64,000 nt of DNA from an uncultured Planctomycetia bacterium (GTDB taxonomy: Bacteria; Omnitrophota; Gorgyraeia; Velamenicoccales; Velamenicoccaceae), in NCBI GenBank assembly GCA_964471325.1, contig CAYYFL010000008.1, positions 20,879 through 84,878 on the forward strand, given 5' to 3'. How positions within the stretch are numbered: the stretch's first letter is position 1; the number at the start of each line of letters is the position of its first letter. Positions 54,778 to 60,363 of this stretch are shown here, piece by piece. A program made the translations under genes and the position numbers. The notes below the pieces were generated by a model. That model had not been told where the DNA came from. It did not search any database and saw only the letters and a list, made by a program, of their open reading frames with translations.

Positions 54778-55563
54778 ATGAAAACCTTCAGATCAGACAG
54801 ATTGCCTAGATTGACGAAAATTATGTATGACAGCCAACTCAGGCTGAATACTAAAAATTGGGAAGATACACTAAAAGCGAACCATCAAGAAGTTGAGCGG
54901 TTGTTGGAAATGATAAGCATTTTCGATTCCTGGAGAACTTCTTTGGAACGAGCTTACGGTGATGTAGCTAGGGATTTAATTAAAGAAACATTTATGGATG
55001 CTTATATGTCTGTGCATTTTGCTTGTATGGCCTTATATAAGCAAGCCCATGTATCTTTGAGGACTGAGCTTGAGACAGCTTTAAGGTTAGTATATTTTTC
55101 TAGCCATCCCGTTGAATTCAAGTGGTGGAGGGATGATAAAGATTATTTTCATGGGAGACATGTTTGGGGAGATAAATTTGATTATTTCAGAAATTTAGAA
55201 TATTTTCAGCGCTTTGAACAGCGGGCAGTTAAATTATTTGAAACAGAAAATAGGAATAATCCAAATAATATAGGGAAACTATATAAAATTTTATCGAAGT
55301 ATGTGCACAGCGGCTTTCCAGCTTTTTTAACAACCATGCAAAGCGTTGCTCCAGTATATAAACGAGCAGACCTTAATCTTTGGATTGTTAATTTCAAAGA
55401 GGTCCAAAAATGCATTAATACTATTCTTGCTTTGGGTTTTTCTGCTGAATTTAAAGCCTTTGATGCTATTGTACAAAGGAATGTCTTAAGAGTGATCAGA
55501 GACAGAAATTATAAGCGTGGTTTAAAACAGGTGTTAGGGTTACGAATTCAAGGACGTATATAG
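54778..55563 (+). CDS. hypothetical all-alpha protein (weak HEPN/Abi-like features)
   Basis: Tightly packed in the operon. Contains an Rx6H string (RLVYFSSH) and LSKYVHSG. No confident family. Confidence 0.45.
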   Translation: MKTFRSDRLPRLTKIMYDSQLRLNTKNWEDTLKANHQEVERLLEMISIFDSWRTSLERAYGDVARDLIKETFMDAYMSVHFACMALYKQAHVSLRTELETALRLVYFSSHPVEFKWWRDDKDYFHGRHVWGDKFDYFRNLEYFQRFEQRAVKLFETENRNNPNNIGKLYKILSKYVHSGFPAFLTTMQSVAPVYKRADLNLWIVNFKEVQKCINTILALGFSAEFKAFDAIVQRNVLRVIRDRNYKRGLKQVLGLRIQGRI

Positions 55564-55566
55564 AAA

Positions 55567-56658
55567 ATGGGACAAGAAGCGATCGAAAATCAATTGGATA
55601 TTTTGCATAAGGCTCCTTCTACTAGATATCAGGGAAGCAAGAGAAGCATATTAGCTTGGATATACGAAAACCTAAAAGACATTCAGTTCGAAAGTGTCCT
55701 TGATGGCTTTGGGGGGACGGGAAGCGTCAGTTATTTATTTAAACTGATGAATAAGAAAGTAACGTTCAATGATATCCTTCCGTCAAACCATATGACGGGC
55801 ATTGCTCTTATTGAGAATGATTGCATAACTCTAGATGAAGATGATTTAGAGTTTATATCCCACCGAAATGGCTTCAACTATCCGACTTTCATCGAAGACA
55901 CCTTTAAAGGAATATATTACACTTCTGGTGAGAATAGGTTGCTTGATGTGTTGGCCTTAAATATAAGGATGCTTTCTGAAAAATATCAAGGCGATGTTTT
56001 AGCCAAGAAACAGGCGTTGGCTTATTATGTTTTGTTTCAGGCTTGTTTATGTAAACGGCCTTTCAATCTCTTTCATAGAAAAAATCTCTCACTTAGGACT
56101 GCGAGAAACATAAAGAGAACATTTGGAAATAAGAAGACTTGGAATACTCATTTTGAAACATTTCTAAAAAGATTTAATGCAGAGGTTTCCCAGAAAGTCT
56201 TTTCCAATGGTCTTGTAAATAAAGCCATTTCCCAGGACATTGTGGCTATAAAAAAGGAAGATTTTGACCTTGTGTATTTAGACCCACCCTATGCAAGAGC
56301 AGATGAAAAAACACCAAAAGATTATCACGAGCTGTATCATTTTCTCGACGGTTTTGTTGATTATGATAATTGGCCGAAAAATATAAATTTAAACACAAAT
56401 AATAAGAGGATGTTTAAGCAAAAAAACCATTGGGATGAAGGAAAGATTGAAGACAACTTTGATGCTTTGTTCAGGAAGTTTAAGGATTCAATAATTGTTG
56501 TCTCCTACGGAGAGCCCGGATTCCCTTCCATTTATAAAATCAAACAGCTTCTTTCGAAATATAAGTCAAAAGTAAAAATTGCCAAAAAGGAATACAAATA
56601 CAAGTTGAATCACCGGAACGGGCACGGCTTATATGAGGTTTTAATAATAGGGGTTTAG
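55567..56658 (+). CDS. Dam-type (D12 class) N6-adenine DNA methyltransferase
   Basis: N-terminal YQGSKRSILAWI, SAM motif DGFGGTGSVS, catalytic LVYLDPPYA. Confidence 0.85.
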   Translation: MGQEAIENQLDILHKAPSTRYQGSKRSILAWIYENLKDIQFESVLDGFGGTGSVSYLFKLMNKKVTFNDILPSNHMTGIALIENDCITLDEDDLEFISHRNGFNYPTFIEDTFKGIYYTSGENRLLDVLALNIRMLSEKYQGDVLAKKQALAYYVLFQACLCKRPFNLFHRKNLSLRTARNIKRTFGNKKTWNTHFETFLKRFNAEVSQKVFSNGLVNKAISQDIVAIKKEDFDLVYLDPPYARADEKTPKDYHELYHFLDGFVDYDNWPKNINLNTNNKRMFKQKNHWDEGKIEDNFDALFRKFKDSIIVVSYGEPGFPSIYKIKQLLSKYKSKVKIAKKEYKYKLNHRNGHGLYEVLIIGV

Positions 56659-56791
56659 CATGATATATACTTTTGATGAAAGAAATCCCGCCAAAGATTG
56701 GGACACTTCTTTCCTTTTAGTTTCTCATCCTATTTTCTTACAATGCTTAGAAATTCCCCCTCAAATTACTTCTGAATGGAATATAAGATTT

Positions 56792-56965
56792 CTGCCTTCC
56801 TATTGGCCGCCTGGCTGGCGGGGGTGGGGTGGAAGAAAACATGCGGTAGCCTTCGGGAGAAGGCTTGGAAAAGGCTACCGCAAGAGCTGACGCGGGAAAA
56901 GGGTGCAACGCGCTCATGGTCCAACAGGATGCGCGAAGAAAGCCATGTTGAAATTGTCCGTATAA
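56792..56965 (-). repeat. right arm of 174-nt inverted repeat (IR-R)
   Basis: Reverse complement of 27421-27594. Lies between the methylase and the PIN-like gene. Confidence 0.9.
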
Positions 56966-57038
56966 CAAAAAGCGATAATAGAATTTTTTAAAGCGAGAGG
57001 ATGTTTTTTGCTTGGGCGGTTAGGGTGCAGAAGGAGAA

Positions 57039-57536
57039 ATGAATATGGATAATGAGGAAAGAGTGCCTTACAGATTGCTCTATGCGATCTTTCTTGATTC
57101 CTGCGCCTTTTATCCGTCGCAAAAAGATCAAAAATTAGCGAGGAATAAATTGTGGGAGTTTGAGGATAAAGGGCTTATTAAAACAATGGAAAAAGCAGAA
57201 GCTACTAATGAAGAAATTGAACGGGCCCCTAAAGAACTTAGAAAAAGAATAGAGAGGGAGTCCAGAATAATTAATTGCGATTCGATAGAAACCAGGGAAG
57301 ACCGAGAAGCATTAAGTGAAATAGAGAAACTGTTATTTTCTAATAAACAAAAATTAGCGGACAACGAAAAGCGAGATGCTAGAAATATATTTTGTGCCAA
57401 GAAAATGGGATGCGACTTATTTGTTACAGTTGATAATTGTCATATTCTAAAGAGAGCAGAAATAATAAAGGAAAAATTCAGATTTCGTGTCGTCATGCCA
57501 ACCCAATGCGTAAAAATAATTTCAGAGGAATTGTAA
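57039..57536 (+). CDS. PIN-like domain protein (putative nuclease), uncertain
   Basis: N-terminal AIFLDSCAF and C-terminal GCDLFVTVDNCHIL resemble the first and last acidic motifs of PIN domains. GAAGGAG RBS. Confidence 0.4.
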   Translation: MNMDNEERVPYRLLYAIFLDSCAFYPSQKDQKLARNKLWEFEDKGLIKTMEKAEATNEEIERAPKELRKRIERESRIINCDSIETREDREALSEIEKLLFSNKQKLADNEKRDARNIFCAKKMGCDLFVTVDNCHILKRAEIIKEKFRFRVVMPTQCVKIISEEL

Positions 57537-57617
57537 AAAATGACCTGTTCTTGATTTTGCAGTTTTTGTTTGGCCGCAGTAAGTAAGTCCTCCTTTTTTT
57601 TCCTCGCCAAAAATACT

Positions 57618-57820
57618 CAAGGCTTTAATTTCGTCAACAAAATTCAGGAAATAATTCGTCTCCACTCTTGTGGTCTGCCTCAAGAGTGACGTGTCCCTTC
57701 GGGGAGTCCTCAATTTTTTCCTCGAATCCAGGAAGGTTCGCTTACTCCATCCGTCGTTCGCTCTCCTTCGGCCAAGCCCTGTTTTATTGACTAAACCGCC
57801 GTTTGTGGTCTGCCTCAAAC
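57618..57820 (+). repeat. structured intergenic module, copy A
   Basis: Direct repeat of 58990-59190. Contains two hairpins with the invariant loop TGGTCTGCCT (57657-57691, 57800-57821). Confidence 0.85.
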
Positions 57821-57870
57821 GCCTTTAAAGGCCTTGAGTTGCTTTTTGGCGTAAAAGAAAGGAGGACCAC

Positions 57871-58176
57871 ATGCGTCCAAGAACAAAAAAACAGGAACAA
57901 AATCAAGAAAGGAAGGAGGTGAGCAAGATGTTCGAAGTCTCCAGGATCCATCGTATCGAAGGAAACGATACTCTGAAGGCCTTTGTGGATATCAAAGTCG
58001 CTGACAGCGTTTTGATCAAAGGCTTGAGGGTCATGGCCGGCAAGAATGATACCTTGTTCGTCGCCATGCCGTCCCAGAAGGCGGAGGATGGCAAATACTA
58101 TCCTACCGTCAAGCCTCTTACCAAAGAGGCTAACCAAGAGCTGCAGGATGCAGTTCTTGCTGCCTATAACGAATAG
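57871..58176 (+). CDS. spoVG: SpoVG-family nucleic-acid-binding protein with possible 19-aa basic N-extension
   Basis: MFEVSRIHRIEGNDTLKAFVDIKVADSVLIKGLRVMAGKNDTLFVAMPSQKAEDGKYYPTVKPLT follows the SpoVG consensus. Both ATG 57871 and ATG 57928 have strong SD sequences. Confidence 0.8.
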   Translation: MRPRTKKQEQNQERKEVSKMFEVSRIHRIEGNDTLKAFVDIKVADSVLIKGLRVMAGKNDTLFVAMPSQKAEDGKYYPTVKPLTKEANQELQDAVLAAYNE

Positions 58177-58275
58177 GCAGTGAAAAAAGCTGCGCTATCG
58201 GCTATACGGGCACTTTAAAAAATCAAACCCAAGGCTAAAATTCCTTTTCTTTTTTTCCGCGATATCTTAATTAAA

Positions 58276-58308
58276 AACCCTCTGCAATATAAATTTTTGC
58301 AGAGGGTT
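58276..58308 (-). terminator. rho-independent terminator (minus strand; possibly bidirectional)
   Basis: AACCCTCTGCAA / TTGCAGAGGGTT 12-bp perfect stem, 9-nt loop. On the minus strand it is followed by TTTTTAATTAA. Confidence 0.65.
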
Positions 58309-58351
58309 GGAAAATTAAGCTCCACTATTATTCAAATCGCTCTTGCGCTTA

Positions 58352-58510
58352 TTAGGGCTTTCGCAATACCTGGCTCGCAGATATCTTTACCACTTTCTCA
58401 TTCCGCCACACCGTTAGAGGCCGTCCACTGCGTTTGTGGTCCTCAACGACCTCTCGAACCGCTTCTTTGAGCGCCCTAAAAGCCTTTGCCTGCATAGTTT
58501 TTTTGGTCAT
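58352..58510 (-). CDS. small protein (52 aa) partnered with zeta-like ATPase genes
   Basis: Manual translation: MTKKTMQAKAFRALKEAVREVVEDHKRSGRPLTVWRNEKVVKISASQVLRKP. It starts 5 nt after the ATPase stop. I recall this type of small ORF next to zeta-like AAA ATPases. Confidence 0.4.
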   Translation of the reverse strand: MTKKTMQAKAFRALKEAVREVVEDHKRSGRPLTVWRNEKVVKISASQVLRKP

Positions 58511-58514
58511 TGCC

Positions 58515-58754
58515 TTACCTCAATGTTCTCATTATTTTTTCAAATAAAACTTTATCAAGGATCTCTGTTTTGCCGTTTTTTTCCTGTGCGATCAATCGGG
58601 GCACGGCATCGGCATTATTAAACAACAGCCACGTATCTGCCAATGGTTTATAGTAGCTCAAACATTTCGCGTAATCAGGCAAAAACTTCTTCGCAAATGT
58701 CGTCTTGCCGGAGCCGTTCGGGCCGGCGATGACATAAACATTTTTGGTTTTCAT
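58515..58754 (-). pseudogene. internally deleted zeta-toxin-like P-loop ATPase remnant
   Basis: N-terminal VYVIAGPNGSGKTTFAKKF is joined directly to a C-terminal-type tail ADTWLLFNNADAVPRLIA. It is 79 aa against about 190 aa in intact family members. Confidence 0.55.
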
Positions 58755-58779
58755 GCGTTAAAATTATATCTCAAAGAAA

Positions 58780-58812
58780 AACCTCCTGCAACAAATTATG
58801 ATGCAGAGGGTT
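58780..58812 (-). terminator. terminator-like hairpin, paralogous to 58276-58308
   Basis: AACCTCCTGCA / TGCAGAGGGTT (one mismatch). On the minus strand it is followed by TTTTTCTTT. Confidence 0.45.
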
Positions 58813-58946
58813 AGAAAATCAGCTCTTCCAGAGGAGCTCAAAGAGAAAGATCGGCAAGTTAAGCTCTTGCGGCCTGACGCGCCTTTTTATCCCTCAGCAC
58901 CCTGTTTCTCACCGTCTTTGTCGTTTTCTTTCCTGGTTTTTCAGGT

Positions 58947-58978
58947 ATGGCTTCGTCTCCTTTCTGTTTGTTTTCGCT
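58947..58978 (-). repeat. inverted copy of the RBS/start region of gene 59247 (anti-RBS arm of module B)
   Basis: ATGGCTTCGTCTCCTTTCTG(TTTG)TTTTCGCT is the reverse complement of 59221-59248 apart from a 4-nt insertion. Weaker similarity continues to about 58850. Confidence 0.85.
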
Positions 58979-58989
58979 TTTGTAACCGT

Positions 58990-59190
58990 AAGCCCTGATT
59001 TTCGTCAATAAAATCACGAAAATAATTCGTCTCCGCTTTTGTGGTCTGCCTCAAAAGCAGCTTCGCCCCTTCGGGGAGTCCTCAATTTTTTTCGCGACCC
59101 AGGAAGGCTCTCGCGCTCCGTCCGTCGTTTGTTCGCCTTCGGGCAGGCCTGTTTTTTTGACAAAAACCGCCGTTTGTGGTCTGCCTCAAC
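58990..59190 (+). repeat. structured intergenic module, copy B
   Basis: Direct repeat of 57618-57820, with hairpins at 59035-59058 and 59167-59194 carrying the same loop TGGTCTGCCT. Confidence 0.85.
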
Positions 59191-59246
59191 CGGCTTCAGG
59201 CGCTTAGGTTAAATTCTCCAAGCGAAAACAGAAAGGAGACGAAGCC

Positions 59247-59531
59247 ATGAAAAACACGAACAAGAAAGAAAACGAACAAAAATTCGACGAAGGGGTGTTG
59301 AGGGCTGACGGCTGCATGATGAGGCATAACCAGCCGCGTCAGGCGGAATTCCGGACGCGCGAAGAGGATTTTCCCGAATCTTCCTTCGGAAAGTCAGCGT
59401 ACTGGGAAGAGAGAAGACTGCTCAACCGCGTCCATGAGCTCATGGCTATGGGTTTTAAGATCAGGCCTGAGCAAACCCTGGAAGAGTTTGTCCAGGCGCA
59501 TGAGGATGCGTTTACAGAGGAGGCGCTATGA
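59247..59531 (+). CDS. hypothetical protein (94 aa)
   Basis: GAAAGGAG RBS. The N-terminal K/N/E/Q-rich leader (MKNTNKKENEQK) is similar to the optional leader of the spoVG-like gene (MRPRTKKQEQNQ). Confidence 0.45.
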   Translation: MKNTNKKENEQKFDEGVLRADGCMMRHNQPRQAEFRTREEDFPESSFGKSAYWEERRLLNRVHELMAMGFKIRPEQTLEEFVQAHEDAFTEEAL

Positions 59532-59710
59532 AGGTATCTGAGTTTCCTGAAAGCTTGAGGAAGATCATCTTGTCCAGCGTGGATGAGATGAATCTGGAGC
59601 AAAAAGTAACCATGGCCCAGGTGAGTATTTCCTTCCGCGTGGGCCAGGAGATCCACGTTGAAAACTGGGAATACAAGGAAAATACCGCAGAAGGAGGGGT
59701 CAGATGTTGA
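59528..59710 (+). CDS. hypothetical protein (60 aa)
   Basis: ATGA-coupled to the previous gene. No family recognised. Confidence 0.35.
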   Translation: MKVSEFPESLRKIILSSVDEMNLEQKVTMAQVSISFRVGQEIHVENWEYKENTAEGGVRC

Positions 59711-60045
59711 CGGAAAGCGGATTAGGGCAATTCACAGGCACGACGCAATGGTTCAGGCACTTGAGCGGTTATCTTTATACGGACGGTGTGCAATATGTGG
59801 CTGAACAAGGCGGCGCCTACTGGCTTTTGGACAAGATCCTGTTTATAACCCGGGCCAAGGCGAAGCTGTGGGAGTTTGGGGTCTGGAGGCTGTCCGTGCG
59901 CGAGGACCGTTCAGCCGTGCTTGTCTGTGAAGACGGCAATTATAACAAGCTTTTTGAGGAGAAGATCGACTGGACGGATTTTCCGCTCAATAAAATTGAA
60001 TTGTGGTTTGAAAACGGCGTCCTGATACTGCCGAGCGAACACTAA
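59704..60045 (+). CDS. DUF6876-like plasmid/ICE leading-region protein
   Basis: FTGTTQWFRHLSGYLYTDGVQYVAEQGGAYWLLD matches my recollection of the DUF6876 N-terminal signature. Not verified. Confidence 0.45.
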   Translation: MLTESGLGQFTGTTQWFRHLSGYLYTDGVQYVAEQGGAYWLLDKILFITRAKAKLWEFGVWRLSVREDRSAVLVCEDGNYNKLFEEKIDWTDFPLNKIELWFENGVLILPSEH

Positions 60046-60067
60046 TCAAAGAAAGGAGGTGAATACT

Positions 60068-60298
60068 ATGCAATTAAACGATCTGAATGGGAAAACCACC
60101 ATCAAAGTCGCAGGAGAAGAAGTCGAGGTCTGTGCTTCTGATTCTGTCAAGGACACCTTAAAAAGGCTCCTTGAGGAAAAGGGCATCGATTCCTTCACGA
60201 TTCTCGTTGACGGCAATGAGGTGGCCTCAACGAACGATCTGCCAGAGACGTTTGCAGATCACGAAATCGAGGTGCAAAGATACGTCAAGGCAGGCTAA
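60068..60298 (+). CDS. ThiS/MoaD-like beta-grasp ubiquitin-like protein ending in Ala-Gly (PRTRC protein C-like)
   Basis: 76 aa. The pattern IKVAGEEVEV...VKDTLKRLLEEKGI..FTILVDGNEV...L.ETFADHEIEVQRYVKAG-stop follows the ThiS/MoaD layout. GAAAGGAGG lies 8 nt before ATG 60068. Confidence 0.6.
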   Translation: MQLNDLNGKTTIKVAGEEVEVCASDSVKDTLKRLLEEKGIDSFTILVDGNEVASTNDLPETFADHEIEVQRYVKAG

Positions 60299-60363
60299 AA
60301 GAAAGGAGAAAGAACGCGGAAAAGAGGGGAGCGACTCCCCTCTTTTCCTTTTTAGAGGTCAAA

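Noticed and set aside
58425-58445. Fifth, imperfect copy of the hairpin core (TTTGTGGTC-CTCAA, lacking TG).
   Set aside because: It lies inside the coding sequence of the 52-aa minus-strand ORF (encoding VEDHK), lacks the invariant loop and has poor flanking complementarity. It is probably coincidental.
58798-58998. 66-aa + strand track ORF.
   Set aside because: It lies antisense to the decayed inverted duplicate of gene 59247, has a low-complexity S/F/L-rich tail and no RBS.
57668-59189. Reading TGGTCTGCC as a sigma54 -24/-12 element, or TTGAC(A/T) in the modules as an ordinary sigma70 -35 box.
   Set aside because: The GG and GC are 4-5 nt apart instead of the required ~10. The hexamer 17 nt downstream of TTGAC(A/T) is (T/C)CTGCC, which is not -10-like.
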